NCBI GenBank assembly: GCA_041640595.1
Contig: JBEPZY010000007.1
Span: 53,611-117,610, forward strand
Source of the DNA: Gemmatales bacterium
Lineage (GTDB): Bacteria > Planctomycetota > Planctomycetia > Gemmatales > HRBIN36
Length of the DNA: 64,000 nt
Direction: 5' to 3'
Made by a program: the position numbers and the translations under genes. This document shows positions 30,497 through 40,116 of this stretch, piece after piece. Position 1 is the first letter of the stretch, and each line of letters starts with the position of its first letter. Below the pieces are notes generated by a model. It ran no database searches. It saw only the letters and a program-made list of their open reading frames with translations, and was not told the origin of the DNA.

Positions 30497-31981
30497 CTAG
30501 GGTTCCAGACGCCAGGTGCTGCCACTGGGCCGGTCTTCTACAACGATGCCCAGTTCTTTGAGGCGACTGCGAATCAAGTCCGCCAGGGCGAATTGTTTTT
30601 GTTTGCGACATTCCGCCCGCACATCCAGGAGCAGCTGCACAAGATTGCTTACCAGCCGATCGGAAGCGGTTTGAGCAGGGATAATCGGCGGCGTGAGGAA
30701 CAAACCCAGGATGTGCGTCAACTCACGCAATACCACGACGGCCTGCCGAAAGCTGGCAACAACGTTAGCCGACCGACGTTCAGGGTCTTCGAGATGGTGT
30801 TCATCAGCATAGCGGTTCAGTGTCGAGAGCAACTCGAACAACAGGCCGATTGCTCCCTGTGTGTTGAAGTCGTCGTCCATTTCGTCCAGGAATTTCTGCC
30901 GCAACTGCAAGACTTCCTGAGCAAATGTGCCATTCGGAATGTTGAATTCCTGTCGCCGAGTCGGTGCACTAAGTTCGTAGAAAGACTCCCCGGTGATACG
31001 CTGATAACGCTCGAAAAAGCGGTAAAAGGCTCCGAGGCTTTTGTGCAGTGCCTCCAGGCGTTGCTCGGAAAATTCGATGGGGCTGCGGTAATGCGTACTG
31101 AGCAGGAAGAAGCGAAGCGTCTCACCAGGATAACGCTGCAGAAGGTCGTGGACATTGACGACATTGCCCACGGAGCCAGCCATCTTTGTCTGACCGAATT
31201 TCAATAAGCCGTTATGCATCCAGTAGCGGACAAACGGTTTGCCGGTGTACGATTCGGACTGAGCCAGTTCATTTTCGTGATGTGGGAATTGCAGATCGAG
31301 ACCGCCTCCGTGAATGTCGAGGGTTTCGCCAAGATAACGCATACTCATGGCGGAACATTCGATGTGCCAGCCAGGTCGGCCGGGACCCCAGGGACTTTCC
31401 CATGCTGGCTCGCCAGGTTTGGCCGATTTCCACAACGCGAAGTCGCCGGGATGGCGCTTCTTCTCGCTTACTTCAACGCGGGCACCGGCGGCCATTTGCT
31501 CCGGGTCGCGGTGACAGAGTTTGCCATAGTCCGGGTCACTGGTCACGTCGAAATAAACGTCGCCGTTAGCCACATAGGCGTGCCCTTTGGCAATCAGACC
31601 TTCGATGAGGCGGATCATATCGGGAATATGCTCGGTCGCCCTGGGCATGTAACGAATGCCGCTGACGTGCAGAGCTTGCAGACAGGCCAGGTAGTCCTCC
31701 GTGTTACGCTTCGCCAGTTCCTGGACAGTGGTTTGTTCCTCACGGGCCCGGGCAATGAGTTTGTCATCCACATCGGTAATATTCAACACCCAGATGACTT
31801 CATAACCCAGATACTCAAAATAACGCCGCACGGTATCAAAGATTACCGGTCCGACCATGTGGCCGATATGCGCGGGCTTATAAACGGTTGGCCCGCACGT
31901 GTACATTTTTACCTTCCCTGGCTCGACTGGAGCAAACGGTTCTTTCTGGCGTGTCAGTGTGTTATAAATCCGCAAGCTCAT
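30497..31981 (-). CDS. cysS: Cysteine--tRNA ligase
   Basis: CGPTVY, HIGH, DFALWK, GRPGWHIECS, DIHGGG.DL.FPHHENE. KMSKS appears as KMAGS. Confidence 0.97.
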   Translation of the reverse strand: MSLRIYNTLTRQKEPFAPVEPGKVKMYTCGPTVYKPAHIGHMVGPVIFDTVRRYFEYLGYEVIWVLNITDVDDKLIARAREEQTTVQELAKRNTEDYLACLQALHVSGIRYMPRATEHIPDMIRLIEGLIAKGHAYVANGDVYFDVTSDPDYGKLCHRDPEQMAAGARVEVSEKKRHPGDFALWKSAKPGEPAWESPWGPGRPGWHIECSAMSMRYLGETLDIHGGGLDLQFPHHENELAQSESYTGKPFVRYWMHNGLLKFGQTKMAGSVGNVVNVHDLLQRYPGETLRFFLLSTHYRSPIEFSEQRLEALHKSLGAFYRFFERYQRITGESFYELSAPTRRQEFNIPNGTFAQEVLQLRQKFLDEMDDDFNTQGAIGLLFELLSTLNRYADEHHLEDPERRSANVVASFRQAVVVLRELTHILGLFLTPPIIPAQTASDRLVSNLVQLLLDVRAECRKQKQFALADLIRSRLKELGIVVEDRPSGSTWRLEP

Positions 31982-31987
31982 GGCTTA

Positions 31988-32330
31988 TCAAGTGACCATT
32001 GGTTAGCGGCCAGTGATCAGTGGCCGGCGAAGCATCTGGATAGTGGTTAGTGGCCAATGGCTAGTGGCCGGTTGCCGGAGAAGCATTTGAATAGTGGCTA
32101 GTGATCAGTGGTTAGTGGCCAGTTACCGGGGAAGTATTTGGCCAGTGGTTACCGATGCTGCACCTTGCTGTCTCCCGGCGCCAGCAGTGGTCAGTGGGGT
32201 TACAAATGGCCGGTGGTCGGTTGCCGGGAAAATATATGACCGGTGGTCAATGATATTTCAAGTGGCTAGTTGCCGGTAGTGCGACGGTTGGCGGATATGT
32301 TCGGCGTCCTCAGATGGCCAGTTGCCGCAG
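31988..32330. repeat. Heptamer-based intergenic repeat element, copy B
   Basis: Runs of AGTGGTT/AGTGGCC/AGTGGCT and GTTGCCGG boxes. Terminal box at 32281-32303 differs by one base from 30328-30350. Confidence 0.85.
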
Positions 32331-32378
32331 AAGCGGGATGGGCACGTACACGATTTGCCGATCATTATGACCGGCAGG

Positions 32379-32858
32379 CTAGGTCCTGGAAACAATCGTG
32401 ACCAGAGCCTGGCAAGCGATGCCTTCGCTACGCCCGATCGCGCCCATTCCCTCGCTGGTTTTGGCTTTGATGTTGACTCGATCGAGGGGCAATCCCAGCA
32501 ATTCTGCCAGCCGTCGTCGGATAGACTCTTTATACGGCCCTAGCCTGGGTGTTTCTGCCAGAATAATAACATCCACCTGGTGAACCTGGTAGCCCTTTTC
32601 GTTCAGACGATTGAGGGTTTCCCGCACGAATATGGCAGAGTCGGCACCGTGCCAGTGCGGGTCGGTATCAGGGAACCACTCACCAATATCGCCAAGCCCA
32701 GCCGCGCCGAGCATGGCATCCACGACTGCATGCAAGACCACGTCTGCGTCGCTATGCCCAACCGTGCCTAATGGCGAAGGAATTTCCACTCCGCCCAGCT
32801 TTAGCGGTCGGCCAGGCAACAAGCGGTGACTGTCATAGCCCAGACCGGCACGAAGCAT
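32379..32858 (-). CDS. ispF: 2-C-methyl-D-erythritol 2,4-cyclodiphosphate synthase
   Basis: GLGYDSH, GHSDADV, DIGEWFPDTD, NIKAKT.E. Confidence 0.96.
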   Translation of the reverse strand: MLRAGLGYDSHRLLPGRPLKLGGVEIPSPLGTVGHSDADVVLHAVVDAMLGAAGLGDIGEWFPDTDPHWHGADSAIFVRETLNRLNEKGYQVHQVDVIILAETPRLGPYKESIRRRLAELLGLPLDRVNIKAKTSEGMGAIGRSEGIACQALVTIVSRT

Positions 32859-32935
32859 GTGTTGTTCCTCTAAGCAATGTCATTGTAGTTCGGAGACGAC
32901 CATCTTGCTTGCCCAGGTATGAGGTTACGGTTCAG

Positions 32936-33157
32936 GTGGCCCGTGATCAGTCGGCCTTACAAGTGGTCAGTGGTCAGTGGCTGGTGGTCAGTTGCCGGAG
33001 AAGGATGTACGCGGCAATTCGTCGGCTCAGAAGTGGCCGGTGGTTAGTGGCTTTACAAGTGGTCAGTGGTCAGTGGCTGGTGGTCAGTTGCCGGAAAGTG
33101 ATTTGGCTGTGGTCGGTCGCCGGTGGTGCGACAGTTACTCGAGAAGTTCGGTATGCT
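32936..33157. repeat. Heptamer-based intergenic repeat element, copy C
   Basis: 43 bp exact duplication TTACAAGTGGTCAGTGGTCAGTGGCTGGTGGTCAGTTGCCGGA at 32957 and 33053. Diverged terminal box at 33128-33150. Confidence 0.85.
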
Positions 33158-33410
33158 CAGGCAGGGCGGAGATCGAGCAACGAAACCGATAGACCGTATC
33201 CGATTCCTCGGCGGGCCTCCCAAGACATAGCGGCAGAAGTTGTTGCATGGCATGCCCAATATCAGCTCAAGCATAGGCAATGTTTCCTGGCTCGCAAGAT
33301 TTAGTGGCGGAAGTTGCTCTATGCTATGTGCTTGAACCCGCATGCAAGTCTATTTTCAACATCAGCTACCCCAGCCTGAGTGTTTCCTATACACTCACGA
33401 ACCGCCCTTA

Positions 33411-34094
33411 TCAGTTCGAGGAAGCCACGGTTCGGCCCTGCAGTAAAAATTGACCAGGTTCGACTCGCAAATTTTCCAGGCGAAACGTGGGGGCTCGACG
33501 ACTGGATTGAAAGCGCACGACGGCTACCGGCAGACCTTCATGGCGATACCATTGAATTTCCAGATTGCGACGACGAAGAGCCTGGGCGAGCAATTCCTGG
33601 ACATAGCGCACGGGTACCGGAATTGCTCCGACGCGGACACGGCGGACTTGCACCATCACGGTGTCGCTTTCGTGGGCACTTGTCCAGAGCCGCAACTCCA
33701 CCGACACCACTACACTCCAGCTTCCCCGGCCATAGCGGAATCCGACCAGCACCGTGTCCGCATCAAACGCCACCCGCAACTCGCGGATATGCCGAGGCAG
33801 CTCAGTACGGTCGAGGTGTGCCTCGATGAAACCTTCTGCCAGGTAACTGTTCACTTGTTCCTGGGTCAACCGCAATTGCCAGGGCCTATCCGGTTCGGGG
33901 TCGTTCAGCAAACTCAACAGGGTGCTGACCTGACGGTAAAACTCTTCCGAAAGTTGGGTACGGCGGGGACCTGGCGGCACTTCGGCCCGGCGATAGTAAC
34001 CGGGTTCGTGCTGCAACAGCACTACCAGGCCGGCTATCAGAGCCGCCACAATCAGCGAACTGACCAGTGTGCCTGCCCACCACCAACGCCGCAT
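33411..34094 (-). CDS. Membrane-anchored hypothetical protein
   Basis: 227 aa with an N-terminal TM helix and a beta-rich C-terminus. AAGGAGG upstream. Confidence 0.75.
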   Translation of the reverse strand: MRRWWWAGTLVSSLIVAALIAGLVVLLQHEPGYYRRAEVPPGPRRTQLSEEFYRQVSTLLSLLNDPEPDRPWQLRLTQEQVNSYLAEGFIEAHLDRTELPRHIRELRVAFDADTVLVGFRYGRGSWSVVVSVELRLWTSAHESDTVMVQVRRVRVGAIPVPVRYVQELLAQALRRRNLEIQWYRHEGLPVAVVRFQSSRRAPTFRLENLRVEPGQFLLQGRTVASSN

Positions 34095-34266
34095 CCCTTG
34101 CTCCTTCCTTGGCCAGGATGCTAACCTACCACGGTCCTGAGATCAATTGCAGTTATGCCTCCCCGCATACCCTGTTGTGAAAGCTGCCGCAATTTATGGG
34201 CAAGGCGGAGGCACTTCAACAACGCACCGCATCAACATGCATTTCCGTCGCCAAGTGGGGGCGAAA

Positions 34267-35415
34267 TTAGACAGTGGCCGTTTCGGTTACCGTTGGATTT
34301 TCCAGTGCCTCAGAGGCACGCCTGAGTTTTTGCGATACCTCGTAGCCCTGCGGTGTGGTGCTATATGCGAAATATCGTTCGATGCCGGACGGGTCGTTGG
34401 CCATGCCATGTGTGGTATGGGGGCGCGGTTGCCAGTGCAACTGGGCCAGAAGCTGCTGTAACTCAGGCAACAGCTGTTCAGCCCAGCGGCGAGCAATTTC
34501 CGCTTCCTGCGCGGTTAGATCAGGCGTCAGCGAGCGGGTTTCGCAAGGATATTCAGGAAATGCCTCGTACAGGTTGACGCTTCGCACTGCCGGAATGCCA
34601 AATAGTTCAGCGACCTTGGTGGCACAATTTTGCGGACACCCGTTCAGGGCGACTGTAGGAAAATCGCGGTAATAGTGCACATCTTCAGGCACTCCGGCAG
34701 CCAGAGCCGAAATGCAAAGCGGTTGCGACTTGCCCAGCAGCTTGTCCTGATCCTCGCACAGATGATAGGCAGTTCGCTGAGCGATACGGGCCCCGCTGCG
34801 CTTAATCCCCTGGCAAGGTAAAAGCGTCAAACCTTGGGCAGCAGGAGCAGTTTCCCCAGTCGCAGCAGGATCGGAGTTTTGAGCCTGCGCTGCTTGTGCC
34901 ACGCTGGTAGCGCAAGAATTGTCAGCGCTACCGGGGAAATGCTCATGGTCGGTCTGGACATGGTTCTGACACTGGCAGGCGAAGGGACATCCAGTTGGCA
35001 TTTGGCCGCTCGCAACATCCGTCGGCCAGGGGGCATCTGCAAGCACAAGCTGGAGTCGCTCAGCGACAGCCTCGGCGAGCTGTTTGCCTGAAGTTTCCAA
35101 TTCCTTACGTGTGCGGCCTGGCGTGAGGCGTTTTTCACGGATGATCCGCGATACTTCAACTTTCGCTGCTGGGGTCGCACCAATCAGTTTCATGACATGA
35201 CTGGCACAGCGTAAAACGCAGCCTTCAATGACCACTACCGGATGTTCCAGGGCTAAACGCCTCTCCTCTTCACTTCCAGCCAGCAGAGCCGGGATGGAAA
35301 GAATCTCCGTGTCTTCAGGGCAGGCGGCATGGGTCAGGTAAGCGGCTCGACGGGTCACGTTAGCAACGACCTTGCCAACTCCCATGCAGGGTGCCAGCAC
35401 TACTTTTTCGCTCAT
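34267..35415 (-). CDS. Putative zinc-binding protein with two DGC-like domains
   Basis: PCMG...IEGCVLRCA and PCQG...LNGCPQNCA; Cys-rich linker CPFACQC. 4 bp overlap with the upstream gene. Confidence 0.75.
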   Translation of the reverse strand: MSEKVVLAPCMGVGKVVANVTRRAAYLTHAACPEDTEILSIPALLAGSEEERRLALEHPVVVIEGCVLRCASHVMKLIGATPAAKVEVSRIIREKRLTPGRTRKELETSGKQLAEAVAERLQLVLADAPWPTDVASGQMPTGCPFACQCQNHVQTDHEHFPGSADNSCATSVAQAAQAQNSDPAATGETAPAAQGLTLLPCQGIKRSGARIAQRTAYHLCEDQDKLLGKSQPLCISALAAGVPEDVHYYRDFPTVALNGCPQNCATKVAELFGIPAVRSVNLYEAFPEYPCETRSLTPDLTAQEAEIARRWAEQLLPELQQLLAQLHWQPRPHTTHGMANDPSGIERYFAYSTTPQGYEVSQKLRRASEALENPTVTETATV

Positions 35416-35876
35416 CGGTTGATATCCCCTTTGATGGTGCGTTGCGTTTCTTCCCAGGTGGCCTCCAGGTATGCTTTATATTCCTCGCTGCTCCAGGTTT
35501 CACCCTGAGCTTCCGCCAGTTCGAATAGCCAACCCGTGCCGTAACCATCAAGGTTAATTGGCGAGGGGTCTTGCAACAATGCCTGATTGAATTGCACGAT
35601 ACGTCCGGCCATAGGTGCAAAGAGGTCCGCGGTGGCTTTGGAAGTTTCGATATGGCCAATCGGTTGCAAGTAGGTCACCGTGTCGCCGACGTTTACATAC
35701 CAGTCCAGGAAATACACGTCTTGCATGAGTCGAACGGCATAAGCAGTGAAACCAAAACGCCAGACCTCGCCCAGTCGCTGACACCACATGTGATTGCGAC
35801 AATAACGCCGATCGCCTGGCAACACGGCCGCGAATTTCCCCATCCAGAAGGTAACAGTGCCCGAATCCTGGCTCAT
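35412..35876 (-). CDS. Glycine-cleavage H-protein-like lipoyl carrier
   Basis: RY...HMW, FGFTAYA, IETSKA (lipoyl Lys), IN.D.YG.GWL. Confidence 0.85.
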   Translation of the reverse strand: MSQDSGTVTFWMGKFAAVLPGDRRYCRNHMWCQRLGEVWRFGFTAYAVRLMQDVYFLDWYVNVGDTVTYLQPIGHIETSKATADLFAPMAGRIVQFNQALLQDPSPINLDGYGTGWLFELAEAQGETWSSEEYKAYLEATWEETQRTIKGDINR

Positions 35877-35946
35877 GGCTTATCGGTCATAGTATAAGCG
35901 AGGCTGAAAATTTAGTGGTAAACAGGGCGACTACTTCCCATGTTTG

Positions 35947-37293
35947 TCAGGTATAGCGAGACGTTCGGTGTTGCGGCAGGAAAAATACCGGCAAGAGCCG
36001 ATCTACTTGCAGCAAGCCACGCCGTGTCAGGACGATTTCTTTGTCATTGTAATCTAAATATCCTTCTGATTGCAGCCAGGCAAGTTCCTCTCCAAACCGG
36101 AGAGTTAAGTTCTCACCAAATTTATTGCGGAAATAATCAAGCGCAACATTCCCCGTTTTCAATTGCAGGATAAATTCGCGTATGCACAGCTCTAAGGGAG
36201 TGCACTGATAGGCTCGATAAAACGGCAAACGTCCTTCTTGTAAGGGGCCCAGGTAGCTATCCCACTCAGTCTGGTTTTGTACGTGTACGCCACCGATGTG
36301 CCCAAAGGATGCCACACCTGTGCCTACTAAGTCCGCTCCATGCCAGAGAGCATCGCGATATAAGAAACGCACTCGCTGTTTGTCACGCACTACCGTATAG
36401 GCACTGGAAATTTCATAGCCAGCTGTGATAAATTCGTTAAAAGCATAGTCCACCCAGGCACGTTTAGTCGGCCAATCGGCCAGGTTAAACGGCAGGGGCT
36501 GACCTGATCGGGCCGCTTTGGAATACTCTGTGTTATAAGGTAATTCCATCTGATAAATGGTAATGCTATCCGGTTGCAAAGCCAGTGCCTGCTGAACACA
36601 CGTACGCCAATTGTCCCACGTTTCACCCACCATTCCGGCAATCAGGTCTATATTAATTTGCGGGAAAGCAAGTTCTTTCGCCCAATGATAAGCACGAAAA
36701 ATTTCTGCAGCATGGTGGGCCCGCCCGTTCTCTTCCAGAATGGCATCATTGAAGTTCTCAACACCGATACTTAGTCGAGTAACACCGAGCTCGCGCAGGG
36801 CTTCCAGTTTCTGTTTTTGTAAAGTGCCTGGTTCGCATTCAAAAGTAACTTCCTGGATGTTATCCCAGGAGAAAAATCTTTTCAATTCGCCGAATAAATC
36901 CCGAAGCTGTCGCACACTTAGATAGGATGGCGTACCTCCACCAAAGTAAACAAAATCCAACGGCCGTCCCTGGAGTGCGGGTTTCCGGGAGTAAAGGTCT
37001 ATTTCTCTGAATAAACCTTCCAGATACTCTTCGATTTGACGGGCATTTTTATCCGTGTAAACGCGATAATAGCAAAACTTGCAGCGTTTGCGACAAAAGG
37101 GAATGTGTACATACAATCCCAGAGGGATCTCTTTTTTTGGAGTTTGCGATAGAGCGGTTTCAGCCGCGGGAATATAATCAGGTTTCCAGAGCGAAAAAGG
37201 AGGATAATTGGCGATAAAGTAATTACCGAGGCCGGTTTTCTCATCGGTGCTGGATAGGCTTAGCCGACTGGCAGTTGCCGATGTAGTGGTCAT
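35947..37293 (-). CDS. HemN-like (class C) radical SAM protein
   Basis: LYVHIPFCRKRCKFC, YFGGGTPS, RLSIGV, NIDLIAG. Start set 1 nt after the upstream stop. Confidence 0.9.
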   Translation of the reverse strand: MTTTSATASRLSLSSTDEKTGLGNYFIANYPPFSLWKPDYIPAAETALSQTPKKEIPLGLYVHIPFCRKRCKFCYYRVYTDKNARQIEEYLEGLFREIDLYSRKPALQGRPLDFVYFGGGTPSYLSVRQLRDLFGELKRFFSWDNIQEVTFECEPGTLQKQKLEALRELGVTRLSIGVENFNDAILEENGRAHHAAEIFRAYHWAKELAFPQINIDLIAGMVGETWDNWRTCVQQALALQPDSITIYQMELPYNTEYSKAARSGQPLPFNLADWPTKRAWVDYAFNEFITAGYEISSAYTVVRDKQRVRFLYRDALWHGADLVGTGVASFGHIGGVHVQNQTEWDSYLGPLQEGRLPFYRAYQCTPLELCIREFILQLKTGNVALDYFRNKFGENLTLRFGEELAWLQSEGYLDYNDKEIVLTRRGLLQVDRLLPVFFLPQHRTSRYT

Positions 37294-37294
37294 G

Positions 37295-38386
37295 TTATTG
37301 TTCCGCTGTTTGGCCAAAGCAATAGAGCAGTCCGTCCTGCGTGCCGATCACAAGATGGCGGTCGGTGATGGCCGGCGAAGCAGTAATTGGTCCGCCTAAA
37401 GCTGCCGACCAGATCACCTTACCGCTGCCTAATTCTAGGCAATAAAGCTGGCCATCGGATGAGCCGACATAAACGTGGCTCCCAGCAATGACAGGTGAAC
37501 TATCTACTTTGCCGCGCGTTGGCGTTCGCCACCGTTGCTTACCCGTTTTAGCATCCAGAGCATAAACGGCTCGGTCGCGGCAACCGACTACCACCAGATC
37601 GCCGGACACCGCAGGGGAAGAGTAAAACGGAAACGGTCGTTCTGGTTCAAAACGCCAGACGACCTTTCCTCGTTTCCAATCCACGGCCAGCAGGGTTTTG
37701 TCCATGTTGCCCACATATAGAATATCGTTCAGCACGGCTGGGGAACCGCCAACCTGCGCCCCTAATTCTAAGCTTCTCGTTTCTTTACCGGTTGCTAAAT
37801 CCACCACGTGGAGGCGCGAATCGCAGCCCCCGAAGATAGCATGGTCATCGGCAATAGCAGCCGTTGCGTTGACTGGCCCTTCTGTAGCCAGCTTCCAAAT
37901 CAGTTTGCCAGTCTTGGCTTCCAGACAGTAAAAATTCTCATCGTAGGAGCCGACAAGGAGCCGACCTTTCCAGAAAGCCGCTCCTGCGATGATTTCCGCT
38001 TCCGTCTTGAATGTCCAAAGTTGCTTGCCACTAGCTGCTTCGACGGCGTGCAAAGTTCCACGCATATCGCCAACATAAATGATTCCATCTTGCCAGGCCG
38101 GTGGCGCCTTCAATTGCGAACCAGCATGGTATTTCCAGCGCTGTTTCCCCGTGGCTAATTCCAGGGCATATAGATGTTCGTCCATGCAGGAAACGTACAC
38201 AGTATCACGAACGATAACCGCGGCGGATTCGATACTGTCACCGAGCTGAACACGCCAGTATTGCTTCAACGGTGGGATTAAACCGTCCATGCGAAACGCA
38301 GTTTGTCGAAGGTCACCTCGCCAGGTTGGCCAGTCGGCCGCCAGTGCGGCAGTTGCGACTACAACTATCATCCCAACCAGGGCCAT
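37295..38386 (-). CDS. Secreted BamB/PQQ-like beta-propeller protein
   Basis: Signal peptide then ADWPTWRG; regular repeated SSP...VYVG..D..LYALD..TG...W blades. Confidence 0.88.
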   Translation of the reverse strand: MALVGMIVVVATAALAADWPTWRGDLRQTAFRMDGLIPPLKQYWRVQLGDSIESAAVIVRDTVYVSCMDEHLYALELATGKQRWKYHAGSQLKAPPAWQDGIIYVGDMRGTLHAVEAASGKQLWTFKTEAEIIAGAAFWKGRLLVGSYDENFYCLEAKTGKLIWKLATEGPVNATAAIADDHAIFGGCDSRLHVVDLATGKETRSLELGAQVGGSPAVLNDILYVGNMDKTLLAVDWKRGKVVWRFEPERPFPFYSSPAVSGDLVVVGCRDRAVYALDAKTGKQRWRTPTRGKVDSSPVIAGSHVYVGSSDGQLYCLELGSGKVIWSAALGGPITASPAITDRHLVIGTQDGLLYCFGQTAEQ

Positions 38387-38452
38387 TCCTGAAAGCCACA
38401 GCGGGCTCGGTCTCTTGCTTCCGGACCTCTCGACACCTAGAAAATAGTCGCC

Positions 38453-38908
38453 ATGGCTGGGCCGCATGATTTGCTTGCTCCCGGTGACATTCGCATTGCC
38501 ACTGACCGATGGTATCATCGAGACCATTATTGGATTTTATTCGATTCTCCACAGCCGGGCTATTGCCGCTTTGGTTTATCCGCTTATGTTTGTCGCCCAG
38601 GCATCGAGGTGTACTTCGTGGAAGATCTGGCTCTACCCGGACAGGAGATTGCGGAAGGCGACCTGCTCGGGGTCATCGAGACGGAGAAAGCGGTGGTTTC
38701 CCTATATAGTCCGATGCCCTGTCGTGTTCATGCGATCAATCAGGATGTCCTATGCGATCCCAATGCAATTAGTTTTGACAACTATGGGACATGGATATTA
38801 GAGGTACAAGCGGCCGGTTTCCCGAAGTTGCTTAGTCCGGAGGAATATCTGGCCTATTTGCAAACGTTACCGCCTCCTCAGTGTTTCACTAAATCGCCAG
38901 CATCTTAG
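38453..38908 (+). CDS. Second glycine-cleavage H-protein-like carrier (opposite strand to cluster)
   Basis: DRWYHRDHYW, FGLSAY, IETEKA (lipoyl Lys), YSPM, YGTWIL. Confidence 0.8.
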   Translation: MAGPHDLLAPGDIRIATDRWYHRDHYWILFDSPQPGYCRFGLSAYVCRPGIEVYFVEDLALPGQEIAEGDLLGVIETEKAVVSLYSPMPCRVHAINQDVLCDPNAISFDNYGTWILEVQAAGFPKLLSPEEYLAYLQTLPPPQCFTKSPAS

Positions 38909-38921
38909 TTCACGCGCATCA

Positions 38922-40094
38922 TTAGTAGGCGGACTGGTAGAGAGCCAGAAAGTCCTCAAAGATTACCGGCCGAGGATTAAATTTGCCCGTCCACTGCTGC
39001 GTGGCTTCTTCAGCTAGAACGGGCAGAATATCGCGATTGACACCCAGGTCACGCAGGGAGTCCGGCAAACCCGCATACTTTCGCAATGACTCTATACGTT
39101 GCGCAACTGCTTCTGCCGGGGAATCATGATACTCCAACCGCGCAACTTGAGCAAGTTCAAGATAAAGATTGTTCACAGCTGGGGCATTGAAACGAATAAC
39201 ATGTGGCAACATGAGCGAGACAGCCAGACCGTGAACGATGCCATAATGGGCGGTGAGTGGGTTGGCCAGGGCGTGAGCCGCTCCCAACATAGACATTTCA
39301 ATGGCTTGTCCGGCATAATGAGCACCAAGCTGCATCGCTGCTCGCGCTTCTAAGTCCTCTGGCGAGTCCAGCACCCGACAAAAATGGTGCTCTAATAAAC
39401 GCCACGCCTCACGGCTAAATAGCTGCGACCAGGGATTGCGCTTAGTGCAAACATAACTTTCGATGGCGTGAGCGATAGCGTCCAGGCCAGTGTCCGCCGT
39501 TACGTGTCGCGGTTGCGTGATAGTTACCACGGGGTCCAGGATAGCGATCCGAAAGGCCGCCTTTCGATCGCCGCAGGCCATTTTCATGTGCGTTTGCGGG
39601 TCGGCGATCAGGGCATACGATTGTGCTTCGCTTCCTGTTCCCGCGGTGGTAGGAATACCTATCGAAGGTAACATAGGCCTGGCGGCTTTCCCGTAACCCC
39701 GATAATCCTGCATACATCCGCCATTGGTGTAGAGGAAGTTAATGCCCTTGGCGCAATCCATAGCGCTCCCACCACCGACCGCGACAATACAATCCGGCTG
39801 GAAACGCTGGGCTATACTGGTGCCCGCTTCGACATGTCGCGTGGTCGGATTTTCTTCCACACCATCGAATACTTCCACGCATAAACCTGCCGCAACCAAC
39901 GAAGCAATGGCTTTCTGCGGATGACCGGCAGCTTCTAAGCCTGGATCGGTGACCAGAAGGACGCGATTTGCACCAAGTTCACGGGCTAATTCCCCCAGGC
40001 AAGCAATTGCTCCGGCGCCAAAAAAGACCCGCGTGTTAGGAACATAGTCGAACGAGGTAAGTAGCGGCAGCGTGGCTATAGTCTTATCGTACAT
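38922..40094 (-). CDS. Iron-containing alcohol dehydrogenase
   Basis: AVGGGSAMDCAK, IPTTAGTGSE, DAIAHAIES, H.LA...HG. Confidence 0.93.
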   Translation of the reverse strand: MYDKTIATLPLLTSFDYVPNTRVFFGAGAIACLGELARELGANRVLLVTDPGLEAAGHPQKAIASLVAAGLCVEVFDGVEENPTTRHVEAGTSIAQRFQPDCIVAVGGGSAMDCAKGINFLYTNGGCMQDYRGYGKAARPMLPSIGIPTTAGTGSEAQSYALIADPQTHMKMACGDRKAAFRIAILDPVVTITQPRHVTADTGLDAIAHAIESYVCTKRNPWSQLFSREAWRLLEHHFCRVLDSPEDLEARAAMQLGAHYAGQAIEMSMLGAAHALANPLTAHYGIVHGLAVSLMLPHVIRFNAPAVNNLYLELAQVARLEYHDSPAEAVAQRIESLRKYAGLPDSLRDLGVNRDILPVLAEEATQQWTGKFNPRPVIFEDFLALYQSAY

Positions 40095-40116
40095 AAGCTC
40101 GCTCCAGGGCTGGGCA

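Noticed and set aside
31214..32050. 278 aa plus-strand ORF
   Set aside because: Antisense to cysS and runs into repeat DNA.
30139..33157. Heptamer blocks as CRISPR arrays
   Set aside because: No constant repeat/unique spacer alternation; the blocks are internally periodic low-complexity units.
32771..33304. 177 aa ORF with repeated LQVVSGQWLVVSCR
   Set aside because: Translation of the heptamer repeat; overlaps ispF antisense.
35412..38908. Canonical glycine cleavage system
   Set aside because: No gcvP, gcvT or lpd nearby; both H-like proteins are divergent.
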